Shown here: positions 49,730 to 62,740 of the stretch, piece after piece
Layout of the letters: every line of letters begins with the position of its first letter
Position numbering within the stretch: the first letter of the stretch is position 1
Assembly (NCBI GenBank): GCA_011109175.1
Contig: RDEW01000038.1
Span: 367,155 to 431,154, forward strand
Length of the DNA stretch: 64,000 bases
Origin: Dicyema japonicum
Lineage: Eukaryota; Animalia; Dicyemida
Direction: 5' to 3'
The notes under the pieces: model-generated
Databases searched by the model: none
What the model saw: only the letters and a program-made list of their open reading frames with translations
What the model was told of the DNA's origin: nothing
Program-made: the position numbers and the translations under genes

Positions 49730-51229
49730 TCTAACTTTCCATTATTTCATAAGTTTCTGATATCGTTGTTTTGTCCTCTGTGTCAACTCCATTATAAAAC
49801 TCGCAACTCTTGACTAGATCTTCGTTTTCTTCAGATATTACTTCAGTTACTATTTCTTCCAGGAGTTCTTCCCCAAAATTTTTATCTTCAACTGATTCTT
49901 CTCTATTTTCCTCAATTTTCTTCCAACAATTAATTATTGTTGTTTCTTTAACTTCCATCCACGCTTTTTTAACAAGTACCATAATCTGTCGCATATTTTT
50001 CAAAGATTTAAGATTAATTGTTGTATCTTCCAAATTGAGCATAAAATCCATTAGGAAGTTTATGTACTTTAAAACACTTTATTATACCAATGTCTAAAGG
50101 TTGAATCAAAGATGTTGTTTTTTTCGAAAGAAAAAACAATTTAACATTTGAGTATTCCAATAAATAATGGCATTTAGCATTATCCATTATTAAAAGTATT
50201 TTTCTATCTTGTGAGAGAAAGTCGTCGTTAATCTTTGAAAGCCACATTTTGAAAATTTCTTTATTCATCCAGGAATTTTTTGACGCTGCATATAAAATAC
50301 CGAATTTTTCACAATCTATGTTAAAATATAATTAAGCAAACTTTTCATACAACTAAGTGATTTGTATTTTCCAATAACAAGGGGTCTTAATTTATTTCCT
50401 GATGCATTACAGCAAAGGAGAAATGTTACTCTTTACTGAATTTTGTACCATGACATGTTTCTATAGATTCGACATAAGATCTTGAAGGAAATTTTTATAC
50501 AAAGATGTTTCATCACAGTTAAAAATATTTTCATGACCATAAGTTTTCAACAAATTATCGAATTGAAAGAAAAAATTTGCCAAATTACTTTTATCTGCTG
50601 AATTTTTTTCACCACAAATGGTTTTAAAAACCAGATCATGTCTCTTCTTAAATCTGTCTAACCAACCGTTTGAGGCTTTAAAAGATGTTGAATAATTCAA
50701 TTTTGTGTTTTTTCGCGATGGCTTTGATTAAAGTACCCGAAATATAAGGAATCATCCCTCAAACGACGAAAAGCATTAAAAGTTAATTCGTCAAGTTTTT
50801 CAAATTGATTGACTTCATTAGAAACTGGTTCAACTTCATCTATTTGAACTAATCTTGAAATGACTGATCCGGTATTAATGAAAGAAGAAATGTTTTTTTT
50901 GATTCGGGAAATAGTGCCTTTGCTTATCTTGAATTTTTGGCAACTTCTCTTTCAGAAGAAGTTTGTAGACACTTTGCAAGTTTAATTTTTGTTTCAATAG
51001 AAATTTTGGAAGACATTACACAAAGACAATTATCACGTGTTCAAAAATAATATTATTCAAAATAATATTATGTAATAAAATATTAAAATATTTAGTAAAG
51101 TGCCCCATACTGGGGTTTTGATAATTTCCAAATTTGGAAATTATTGATGGAAAATGTACTAAAAAATAAAATCGCCCCAAAAAGTGAGGGTGCCCAAGAC
51201 GGGGGTTTTATTGGGGCGGGGTTCGACTG
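49730..51229 (-). mobile_element. pogo/Tigger transposon, decayed transposase and 5' TIR
   Basis: TIR ending at 51229 followed by TA; ATG at 51016; HTH, ASNGWLDRFKKRH, NCDETSL, MDNAKCH and QPLDIGII motifs; frameshifts. Confidence 0.85.
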
Positions 51230-51249
51230 TAGTAATCTTCAGGGAGCTT

Positions 51250-51720
51250 CCAACTACAGTATGTTCCTAAGGGAATGTCTGCGAATGATAGCAGGTTCTT
51301 TATTAATATGCAATGACTGACATATTTCTGGTTTTATGCCCATACAGGATTGTAGGCAGAAGATCCCGATACAGCTCTTATTATTGAGTTTTTGAACATA
51401 GTCAACCCACTTTCACTAGTTACACTTGTATTTCCCCTCTCAGGCACAGCAGTCCCCCTTTTCAATGTGTAGTGGAAATCCATCAAACATCCGTCGACTG
51501 TGCTACGGCCAACGGTTATAGAATACCTTTCCTGAACAGTTTTATCTAATTTATCAAGAGTAATAGCCGTATCCTCATCTACCCAATACTTGCTGTTTCT
51601 GTTCCGTTTAGTGCTACTGTCACCACATCGAGTAGTTGTATCGAATTCACATTGTTTCAGAAATTTGGGAACAATTCCTAAAAAGATAGTTCGTGGAATA
51701 TTCAGCATTCGTCGTACTGT
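51250..51720 (-). mobile_element. Tc1/IS630-like transposase fragment
   Basis: WVDEDTAITL...RSTV..CL..FHYTLKR...PER and KTRNMSVIA motifs. Confidence 0.6.
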
Positions 51721-53396
51721 ATATAGTGATGCTATGATTAGGAAAGTGACGTTAATTGTCAGAAACTACGTCTCCGTACACGTTCTTCAGGACCGGGTCA
51801 TTATAAATCTTCCATGTCCCCTATAAACTTACTTTTCTGGCCGATCTCCCGACTCCGGAATCCGATAATGATGTTCTTCTCTCTTATGCAGATTATATAT
51901 TGCTGTGGCTTCGTGAGAGCGAGACATCCTGAAGGCCACCGAAAGGATACAAATTAACCAGGACCGGCTCAACGCCTAAATAATGGAGAACCGGCTCATG
52001 TGAATGCATAAAAGTAGACCACGTCCTTTTTTTACATCTGAAAAAAGATTGGGAAGGAAGACAGACACCTCAAAGTTAAACAAGGTCGACATCCCTTTCA
52101 ACAGATGTCAAAGGATCTTGAGTGTGACACTTGAAATGCATCTTTGTCTAACACCTACGTAGAAAATATTTTTGTGATGTTAAAAAAGAAACTGTATTAA
52201 AAAGCATATCTGGAATATGGAAGATCGGTACTCACTCGGTCCTGAGGAACTTTTAAGGACATTACATAGACCCATGTTTCTCGTATGAATGCTCCTCGGA
52301 CAAATATGAGGAAGATCGACGAAATGGAAAAGAGAGTTTTCAGATTTGTGGAGAACATCAAACCGGCTCCTCTGGAGTCCCTTATGCTACTGGACTTCAG
52401 AATGCGTGAATGCAGCCGGGTAAATTAAATTAGCTGCCAAGTATGGTCATCCGAGGAGGAAAGAACACCTGGCCAAGATGAGGTCTCTAATGGCCCACAT
52501 TTTTAAGCGTTGTAACTAGGGAAATTTTTTATGGCAACTAAAATTTATTAAAAAAGAAAGAGGCAACTATGAATTCTTAAAAGTAAAACATTAAAAAAAA
52601 GTGTTATATAATTAAAAAATGATCCTACCCTGGAAAATGGCATTTTTGGCAAAAAATTGCCCTAATTAAAACCTAAACGATCAAAATACATTCATTGTTT
52701 CTGTTCATACGATTAAAATACTTTCATACGTTTCATTTTTCTGGGTTTGAGGCTAATATGAGATGATAAGGTAATAAACTAATGAGGAAATGCTAGAACG
52801 CAATTAAAATGGAAATGGGGTACGTCAGAAGTGTCCAGGCCGCATAGGCGGACAAGTTGAAACCCTGACCTAACTCCTAATCCGGTTTTCTAATAAAGTT
52901 TCTAAGTTTCTAATGAGGAAAATTGATAGAATGTACTTACTCCCAGTAAGAGATAACTCCAGTGTGTGACATTGAAGCACCATGAAGCACATAAGTTCTA
53001 GTTCATTATGTAGACAAAAGAATTGTTTTTATTTATAGAAAGAATTTATTAGGTTGCCATAACAACAGAGAGTGAATATGCTTTACAGACTCTACTCAAT
53101 TTACGGACCACTACTCGTATGTTGAGTTACTCCTGTACTCACGGAAGCTACGACCCGTAGTCATGGTTACGGATTCCTTCGCGTCTGTAAGGAAGATGGA
53201 AACTTGCTTCGCCAGTCCATATCCAAGTCAAAAGAAAATCGATTGGTACAAAAGTTACAATCTCCAATCGAATTCCTCTAAAGGAATCTTTCGTACGGTA
53301 GTTGGGAAAATGCAAGACAACAAACGTTGGATGGTTGAGTGCGGAAACTGGGATCACATGACTGTTTAGTGATTTTTATGTCTTTCTTTCCAGGTG

Positions 53397-53662
53397 ATCC
53401 GTGATTCTAAATAGTTCCAATTCCAATGGCTCTAAATAGACGTGCCATTTCCAAACATCATGTCTATCCATATCCATCGTGTGGGAACTCCTCCACTAGG
53501 GTAGGGAAGAGAGTGATCCTTTCGGCCAAACATTCGGTGTCTCCTGAAAAAAGTGAATTACATGACGCCTTTTAACCCATTGACCAAGTAGGTAGCTGAA
53601 AGGGGATCGAACTCACAAATAATCAGGACTCGAGTGAAGGCACTAACCACTAAGCTATCTCG
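53397..53662 (-). mobile_element. tRNA-derived SINE, family B, second copy
   Basis: A box TAGCTTAGTGGTTA, B box GAGTTCGATCCC; body similar to 41690-41830. Confidence 0.65.
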
Positions 53663-56463
53663 TCTCTTCACTCTTTAAAAATGATGGGATTGATTCGTAG
53701 TTTACGATCTGGTGTAAAAATATATGAATATTTGATGATATAATTGAATAAAAATAAATTATTTATATTAAAAAATTAATTTTATTTCTTATCATATGGC
53801 AAACCTTATTTTAAATCGATAACGCCGCAAATAAATAGGTAGACGTTTCTGTTTGTTGCTACGCATGGTTGGATATGATAAAATCTGTAACCCTAAGTTC
53901 TCCCAGGTTGTACATGGTTGCTCATTTCCAAGACCACCGATTCTATTAAACAGTTAAAGAATAAAATTCTAAGCAACAAGATCAAGAAATTTACGGAATA
54001 TTTTGTAGTCATTGTTAATTTACGATTTTAGAGAAAAAGCAGTTATCAAAAAATAGACATAAAATCGTTAAATGGTTCCAAATATAGTTGGATTAATAGC
54101 TCCAGCTTTGATAACACAAATACTATTCTTCTATCCTCTGATTATTTCATAAATGAATAAAGTTCCTCTTAAGGTTATTTTATAACACGTTCTTGATCTC
54201 TTCTATCAAAATTGTGGTTACTTGTAATGTTTAATGGGGGTTATCTTAAATCATAAATGCTTAGTGGTTAAGAGTAGTTCTTGGGTAACGAAAGATCTTG
54301 GTAGCATAAGGGTAGTGTTAATGAAATGATCCTGGTGACTTGGGAGTAGTTTCTGTGTCAATAGGCGACCTTGGTAACTCGTGAGTGATTTATATGAAAG
54401 GATCTTAGTAATTTTGCTTATTCTAGAATAGAATCTTATCGGCCTAATAGTTTGTAAAATTAGCTAGACTTCTAAGAATAACTTTGATGAGATGATAATA
54501 CTACTTATCTTATAAGAGTCTTAAGTGTTTAGTTATTTTACATTAAAAGTGGTTCTGGACTCCTTAAGAGTGTAATGAAGAGATCTTGTACTGTTCGGGT
54601 TAACGGAAGGATCTCAGTGCCTTTAGAGTAGTGTATGATTTGAAAAAGGGTTTTGAGTGCTTTATTAACTGTTGGGGAAAATTTTCGTATTCCACAGGAT
54701 CCCTACTTTATGGAGTGACTTATCTAAAAAAGATGATCTTGACTGGTTAAGAGTAGTCCGCGTTAAAAGAACTTGAATGTTAAGACCTGTGAGATCGTAC
54801 TGGTTTGAGTATTTAAAAAATGATATAGGCATTCCCGTGACGTCTTCCACCGTGGATAGCCACCGAAAGAACGCCAATCTGTGTTTTACGATTCTTCCTT
54901 CTAGCGAAATGTCAGTCTCTAGGCCTTAATTAAGCTTTTTGAGAAGAAATCTGAAAATTAAGAGTAGTGACATTTTATGCGACAAGAGTGGAGAATGTCT
55001 GTACTTAAAGCAAATTTCGCAGTTATCCAATGATTTTCATAACTTAAACCCACTGTTGAAGGAAATTAAGTTTATTTGGTTCATAATTTGACCTGTGTAA
55101 GCTTGTTGTCACGTGTATAATATCGGTGTCTCATTGATTGTTCTATTGTGTGACATAATTCGAGACAATCGATTTACAACATATCGATTTTCATGCATTA
55201 CTGCTTTATTTTTCTTATGAAACCTGAGAGTCTACGTGAGCAGATAAATTTGTCATAAAGACAAAAAACCGAGGGGCGTACAGTAGCCGCCCTGACTGCG
55301 TGGCTATTCCTCTACGGATGGAGAGTTAACTGCGAAATGGCCTTTAAAAAAGTATCTCGGTCGAGACGGAGATGAAACTGAGATCTGACAGAGCTGTAAA
55401 GACTGAAAATAAAAAACTGGACAATCACTGAAACTCTGGATCTCTCAACCACCACAATAAATCAGAGATTAAGTTTAAATAATATTCTCAAGGATTAAGT
55501 TAGCTTAAGCTGATGCAACAACTCCAGGTTTACAATGGTAAGCCCAGCACAAACAGTCATAACTAACTAATCCAAGGAAGGAACCAAAAGGAGAACATCT
55601 GCTTGTGCCTACCAAATCCATCTTCCAATACTTCATTACAGGCTTCCACTTCTGAAGAGAGGTGGAGAAGTAGGTCCGCCCTCTTCCATTTTTGTCCCAC
55701 GTCCTACCGTCGCGGACATCGCTTTATTCTTTAGCGGAATAGTTTTCATAATGCAATCGTCATCAGAGGGTTTGGTCAGGGAGAAAGGTAGGAAGATACT
55801 TTTTAAACAGCTGTGTCGTGCCAGAAGGACTTGTCGCCTCACGAGTGGGATTTGTTTGACAAGAATTGACCTGTGTGAACCCTTCAAAAACGCTATGTTA
55901 AGACGAGATGCGTGTGGACTTGTGTAGTGGACATCCCAAATCTTTCACAATGACACGCAAAAAAAATTTAGTATAAAATTCATTATTGAAAATTAGGATT
56001 GCACAGAAAAAATTGACCTTATCGATTAACGGATCTGTGGGATCGTTCTTGTTAGCCAACAGTTATCTTCACTTAGAAGACTGGGGTAAATAAATGTCCC
56101 TTAATTATCTGAAAAAAGTTTACCTTGAAGACCAGTGTGTTTTTATTTTTATGTCAGAGTTGAGCTTTGATTTGAGTAAATCTGCAAACCTTGTCTTCCA
56201 ATTTGATGGGCATGTAACAGGATTGGCCCCTTCTAGATATCGGAGCAAGAAGGAAGAATGTTCTCCAAGCTCTTCTTTGTACTCGAGCATTGCGCCTGAG
56301 AAGGGAACCTTCCTCTCTATTTTCCGTGCAGTAATACTAACACTTGGATGCGAACCCTCATCTCATTACTTTTCGCTTCCATAGACTCATGAGCATTGAT
56401 TACATGGAGTTCAAGAACTAAAAAATTATCGGATAAACGAATACTGGAACAATTTGGACATTG

Positions 56464-56802
56464 TTATGTTGTCCAATTAAATCGTGTCCGACCCTTGGAG
56501 ATCTCATGAACGAGTTTCCTCCACTCTCCCCGATCCGTCGCAATTTGGAGTAACCTTGATATAGGCATTCCCGTGACGTCTTCCACCGTGGATAGCCACT
56601 GAGTCCTCGGTCGGCCAGGTCTTCTCTTCCCAGTAATATTGCTCAGCATAATGGTTCTTTCTAGATAATCGAGCGGACAACATGCCCAAAGAACGCCAAT
56701 ATGTGTTTTACAATTCTTCCTTCTAGCAAAATGTGTGTCTCTACCCGTTTGAGTACATCGATGTTTGTTATTTTGGAAGTCCAAGGGATTCTTAGTAACC
56801 TC
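56464..56802 (-). mobile_element. short RTE-like 3' insertion with 31-bp TSD
   Basis: GKRRPGRPRTQW..DRGEWR; direct repeats 56433-56463 and 56803-56833 (1 mismatch); deleted copy at 54825-54925. Confidence 0.8.
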
Positions 56803-57429
56803 ATAAACGAATACTGGAACAACTTGGACATTGACTACTTCAATTAAGCCCTGATTAAATAAATCAATGTTCGATTATCAAAGGCTTGTAAAGCTTAACA
56901 ATCCAAACAATCAATTATTTTCTTCATACTAAATGAAATAGTTTTTTATTTACCCCCCAATACCTGTGCTTGATTGCATAGTAATTCCGTTAGTTCATTT
57001 GGTGTGGAGCAGAAATCGAAGGCGAATCAGGACAAGAAAAAGAGTGGTTCGTCTTATGGTCTTCTAGAAGGCTAAATGGTTTTCTCGGTAGTAGCTACAG
57101 AATGAACGACAAACTATCCTTCGCAATCCAATAATTTTGTAGGTCAAAACGAGGTCACGGATGAAAGGACATTGTCCTAAGATGATTAATTACAGTCGTA
57201 TGTCCCGGTGGACAGTTCATTTTTGAACTAGTCGCCGTGGAAACGTCAGGAATCATAAGAAGGTGACGAGTCCTGCTAAAAAAATCGAATCGCTCATCGC
57301 GAAAAAGAAAAATGATAGGAAAGGGGCTGGCTCATTGAGCACAATAGATGGACGAGACTATCGAAGGCTCTCTGCAGGAACCCCCCAATGCAGAAAGTCT
57401 GGAAGTGGATCAAGAACATCAGAAGAACC

Positions 57430-58240
57430 TCCCCAGAACAAAAAGTGAAGTCTACATCTAACCCAGATAAAATATTATACGTCTATCTCCTACAAGGAGT
57501 TTTTAAAAGAACACCAAGTATTCTTGAAAATGATTGAAACGAAACGCTCCGATGACCGGATCCTCTTTACTAGCCATGATGTCCACAGAGCTATATCCAA
57601 GACCAACACCTCAGAGGCCAGAGGACCAGACAATATAACCACATGTGAACTGAAGCACCTAAGCCATCTAGCCCTATTAGCATATATTTTCAACCTATCA
57701 TTCTTGCCTCCAAGGACAGAGGCATTCAATCAGCGACTCAGTCCATTCAACAAATGCTTGATAAACTAAAACTATGGTTCTCGAAACGGAGGCTCGACAC
57801 ATCAGCAACAAAGTCCTCTGTTACGAACCAAAAATCCTTATGAAAAACGAGGCTGCTACTATCAACAAAACACGGAGGATTCTGGTGGTAACCTTTGATC
57901 AAAGACTCTTTTATCCTACATGCTAAAAACAGAGTATCTTCTGCTCTGAAGAAAATGAGAATTCTAAAAGTGATTTCAAAACACTTAGAGACCAAACTGA
58001 GAGCATTGCCACAATTTATGAACAATTTACCCGACCCACGATGACGTATGCAAGTCCATCGTGGGATATGCAGATTTCACGCTATACACTATCAAAGTAT
58101 CTAAATCATACAGAAAGTTTGAGCAGATGCCATACTCGATGAGAAGATCTGTACAAGATTCTTGACCCTACCGGACTTTTCTTTTCCTTGTTGGTCTGAG
58201 ATCACTTAGTTGAGAGCTATTACTTCTTTATCTTTAACCC
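57430..58240 (+). mobile_element. internally deleted copy of the 44340-45968 LINE
   Basis: Collinear with that copy but jumps from the RT start (~57700) to the post-YADD region; same 3' UTR. Confidence 0.75.
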
Positions 58241-61200
58241 AATAAAATAAAAAAAATAAATAAAATTATTTCCAAAGACCAAGGGTAACCAAACTAACTA
58301 ACTCCTTGATCGTGACTCGTTCCAGCATTGCCACCAGGTAACGACGTTGTCCCCGGGGAAGAATTTTTGGATCCTCTTGATGCCGGCCAGGCATTGGGCG
58401 CCTCCTCTGTAAGGTGGATCAAGTGACGCCATCGGAAAAAAAATAATTTTGACAAACTATCCACGTAGCACCACATGGCGCCACGAGAATTTAGTTAGTT
58501 AAGTAACCCCAGCCTCACTAACTTGTAGGAGGCCAGCAGCTATTAAGTAGTACGCAGCAGATGTTGGTCGCTCCCATAAATCAGTCAGTTCCGGCATTGT
58601 GGAGAAATGTTGCGCCAATTCATGACATTAAAATAGGTGATTTGTTGTCAGCACGTGGAAGTTGCAAAAGGGGCAGAGTACATCATATGCTGGTAGATAT
58701 GGGTGGTGCCCACATTGTAGACCAGCCAGGTTTACTCGTACGTCCCTTGAATGAGAGGATTCTGATTGATCTATTGGAGGAGAGGGTCGGTGTAGTATTT
58801 TATTATCTCCGAGTCTTCGGATGCTTCTCGTAGAAACAAAATCGTTTATCTGTTTCAGACGACTCCTGTCATTGGGGATGGAAGGAATGGATGATAACAT
58901 TCGAGAAAGGTCACTGGTTGTCATAATAATTTTCATTTTGTTTTGCGGCTTGCATAGGGAGTGGCAGGGATGTTCTAGACTGTAGGCTTGGGAGAGGAAC
59001 TGCAGGGCTCTCATTTCCAGATGGTCTCCAATTGGAAGGATCTTTGACTCCCAATGTAGATGATCGACAGGATCTGAGACATCCAGTAATTATCCTGAGC
59101 GCGATGTTTTGTACTTTTTGTAGCTTGTCAATAGAAGTAAGAGAAGCAGAGGTTGATCAGCAAGGGCTTGCATAGTTAATAGTTGTTCGAATGAATTGTT
59201 TATGATGGTTAGGGCTACTTTGTTTTGGCCAAAGGAATGGCCTGACACAGCTTTTTGTGATGTTTCGTAACGGTGAGTGGTTGTCCATTAATTGTTAAAA
59301 TTGGTTGAAAATTTAGTTGGCGTCGGTTGGACCTGAATACAGTGACGGTGGATTTCGATGGAGAGGGGGATAGGTGGTTTGCTCCAAGCCACTCTTCAAG
59401 AGTGTTCAAGTGGATCTGAACATCCTTCGTTGCTTCGTTAACGTCCATGTTTTAGAGGCTAACAATCATGTCATCCGATACAATAGAAGTGTCTTGGAAT
59501 TGATTGGAATGTCGATAGGTGTAAGTTGAATAAGGTGGGTTATAAACGGAGCCTTGAAGAACTCCACTTGGAAGAAGTCTGTAGTGATAGACATGACATA
59601 ATTTCAGATCGACCAATTCTTCCAGAGAGGAAATTTGTTAACCAATTCTGTAGACGTGGAGGAATTCCAGATACAAGAATTTTGTTACTTAGCACGCGCC
59701 TTGATGTTCGATCGAACGCCTTGGTAGGACGATCGATGCGAGGATAGTCCGTTTGGGAGGATTATAATTGTTAAAAACAGCAGCGATATATTGAGTTAGG
59801 TAAGAAAGATGTGTTAATGTTGAGTATTGTGGACGAAAGCCATGTTGAAAATCAGGAAAGGGAAGATACTTCGATATTAGTTTCAGTACAACACGTTCAA
59901 CAATTTTCGATACTACAGATGTAGTGAAATTGGTCTGAAAGATCCCGGATCCGAAGGATCATTCTTGGGCTTCAGGATTGGGATTATTTTGGATTTGTTC
60001 CATAGTGCAGGAATTCTGCAGGTGTTGATGAACACAAAAATTATGTCTGCTATTGCTTTGAGTCCTTGCGTTCCCAAATGCTTTAAGTGCAGATTCCATC
60101 AAGCCCTTTGGTACGAGAGTTTTTGGCGTTTTTGATGAGTTTTTCGACATCCGACGTACTGATTTCAATCGGTTTTCCTTGAGGAGTTTGAACGTTTTTC
60201 AATTTGCATGGACGAGAGCATTTGTTCATATCTATGTGACTCACTTTTGCGTAGTGGTCCATTATGACATTTGCCTGATGAGTGAAATCACGTGGTGTTT
60301 GATCCTTGTCAATACTGGTGGCGTGGATTGTCTCCATTCTATTTTGTTTAGACTGAATTCTACGTAAGGTGCCCCAAAAATCCTTTAGTTTTGTTCGGTG
60401 GTTAATTTTTGTGATGAAATTGTTCCAATGGTCCAATTTCATCTTGTTGATTAATTCTATCCAACCTTATAGTTGCCGTATAAATTCTTGATTTTTGAGT
60501 CGACGTCTTGTATGAATCTTTTCGATAATTTCCTTAGTAAATTGGGATTATAGTCTGCAATGAGTCCTTTGGAATGTATTTCTTGTCGGCACTGAGGATG
60601 ACCTCATTACAAAATTTAATTCCGGCTCAAGCGATTTGAAATTCTCAACGGAAAAGTCGGATAGAAATTTTTCTGTTTCTTCTCTGAATGAATCCCATTT
60701 TGCACGTTTGTAATTTGTTATAGTTTTCCAGTGCCTAACAATAGGCGAGAGTAGTTCGATTGACAGTGAATTGGATTATGGTCCGAGTGTAGGTCATATA
60801 CAATTCTCCAAGATATCGCCGAAGATAGTGATGAAGAACATAGTGTGAGGTCAAGTGATGTATTAGAGTCTCCAGGTCTGGAAACTGTTCCGAGTGTGTG
60901 ATTTCCTGTCATTGAAGATAACTAATTGTTCTAGTTGAGAGAGAACCTGAAACCCCTCTCATTACTCGTTTGGCCGATTGCAAGAGAGGATCTTTTGCAT
61001 TTAGATCTTCGCAGATTATCACATTTTCAATCTTTGCAATTCGGTTAGTTTTGGGGAGTAATGTTTCATACTGGGACTTGGTGGCGGGATGTGAATATTT
61101 ACAAATATATACCTTGTGTGGTTTATTTTCACCAAGACGGAAGTAAGTTCGATGTGATCGTCATCTTCAAACAGAGCTTGTGTCTGAGCGGAAATAACGG

Positions 61201-61438
61201 AGAATGGAATAGATTTTTGTATGAGAACACCGCCTCCTCTGTTTGAATTCGGTCGGTCACGGCGGACAATTGAGTAGTCTTTGTAGTGTGGAAGCGCTGA
61301 CTTTCTTGATAGTTTCGTTTCCTGTAGCATGGCAATATCAATTTTGTGGGAAGTTAGAAATGCAAAAAGTTCATTTGATTTGTGTGTGAGGCCGTTTATG
61401 TTGAATTGCATGATATTAAGGAATTTCCCGTTTTTATG

Positions 61439-61483
61439 GGGCCCGGGGTTCTGTTCGATGTCCCCAGCAAGGATTAGGAGTAG
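61439..61483 (-). other. 2A/StopGo ribosome-skipping peptide LLLILAGDIEQNPGP
   Basis: Exact D-[VI]-E-x-N-P-G-P motif with a Leu-rich upstream helix, in frame with and 9 codons before the APE start at 61411. Confidence 0.85.
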
Positions 61484-61586
61484 CCAATCCGATCTTGGGA
61501 GCGAAAGCTACGCGCCCGCTCAATAGCCGCCATCATCCAGTCCGACTTCCCAGAGGTCGCTGAAAAGGTTGACAGGTGAATAGTAG

Positions 61587-61658
61587 TGGTTCTTTTAGTT
61601 GCCAGTTTGATACCGGCATCCAATTTTCTCCACGTGAAGGTGAACCATATCGAAAATT
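61587..61658 (-). ncRNA. candidate HDV-like self-cleaving ribozyme at the LINE 5' end
   Basis: Hand-folded: P1 AATTTTC/GAAAATT, P2 TGGTT/AACCA, P3 CAC/GTG around L3 CTTCAC, J1/4 GG, P4 TGCCGGT/ACTGGCA and C-TAA in J4/2. Confidence 0.55.
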
Positions 61659-61919
61659 TATTTTCACCAAGAAGGAAGTAAGATTTTTAAACTATTTGGT
61701 GTTACCGTGGTCTTTTCCAATGATCACGGGGGTAATAATAATGATAATTTAATTAAATTATTAAACAACAAAATTTAAAAAATAGTAATATAAAAAATTA
61801 CAAGTTTATGTTTTGAACTGTCATCAAAAGAAAATAAGAAAAGCTGCACGTCGGATATTAAAGAACGAAACAATAACAAAAATAGAGAAAATCCAAGGCC
61901 TTAAAGACAATGCGAAGTT

Positions 61920-62740
61920 TTATAAGCATATGCGGACGACGTGGACTTTATTTTGAATAACAAAGAGAGTTAATTGCACTTTTGGAGAAAATGCCTGATA
62001 AAATGGCTGAGTGGTCATTAAAAGTAAACACAAACAAAACCAAAATCACGGAGCAAAAAAGAAGTGAGGAAAGGACCGGGGAGCACTGATATAGATCAAA
62101 ATAACTAGGATCCCTTCTCGGTGACACCGAAGATACAGTACGAAGGAAGACACTAACTAATGTCGCTTTCAACAAAATGAAGAAGACCTGGCTTGTGCAC
62201 AAAAGGCTTGACCCTAAAACTTGAATAAGACTATACAATGTTTTAGTGAGGCCAATCCTATTATATAATGCCGGTACATGGGCATGTACAAGGCAGGAAC
62301 TCGAAAAGTTGAATTCTTTTCACAGAAATCATCTCCGGGTACTCCTTTCTTCCAGAAGCTTTTTCAAAACGCCGTCCGAAATCTTATACAGAGAACAGGA
62401 ACTGAGCCAATATCATGTGAAAGTTACTAATTACAAAATGGAGGCTCTTTGGACACATACTACGCCACGATATGGGGACCCCTGCCAACATAGCAATGGA
62501 GGAGTATTTTGTCTTAGAAGCTTCTCGTTTCCGCGGCCGGCCGAGGACAACACTGCCGGTTATTCTAGATGAAGATCTCAGGAGGATTGGAAAGTGCCTT
62601 AAAGATGGGGATGATCTAGATATGCTACGGAACATGGCAACGGATCGAATAAGATGGGGGACGTTAATTAGATTGTTAACTTTTCGTGTTGCACATGGTT
62701 TGTCATGATCTTGGCATCGAGTACGTGCCTATAATAATAA
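61920..62740 (+). mobile_element. 5'-truncated RTE
   Basis: AYADDVDF, RPILLYNAGTW, RGRPRTTL and DDLDMLR motifs; TAA-type tail. Confidence 0.8.

Larger units (their letters stand above)
58492..61658 (-). mobile_element. full-length (~3.2 kb) Ingi/Vingi-like LINE: ribozyme-like 5' end, 2A, APE, RT, Cys/His C-terminus
   Basis: APE MQFNINGL..AMLQETK..GGGV and SDH; RT QHGFRP..PPKRTI; C-terminal CGHHP..CPFC..TTNHLF; (CTAA)n tail; multiple frameshifts. Confidence 0.85.

Noticed and set aside
52517-52664. 148-bp MITE with 14-bp imperfect TIR
   Set aside because: The TIR is mostly A/T runs, there is no TSD, and it is a single copy here.
58468-58484. CTCF-like motif GCACCACATGGCGC
   Set aside because: Single partial match inside repeat-derived sequence; expected by chance.
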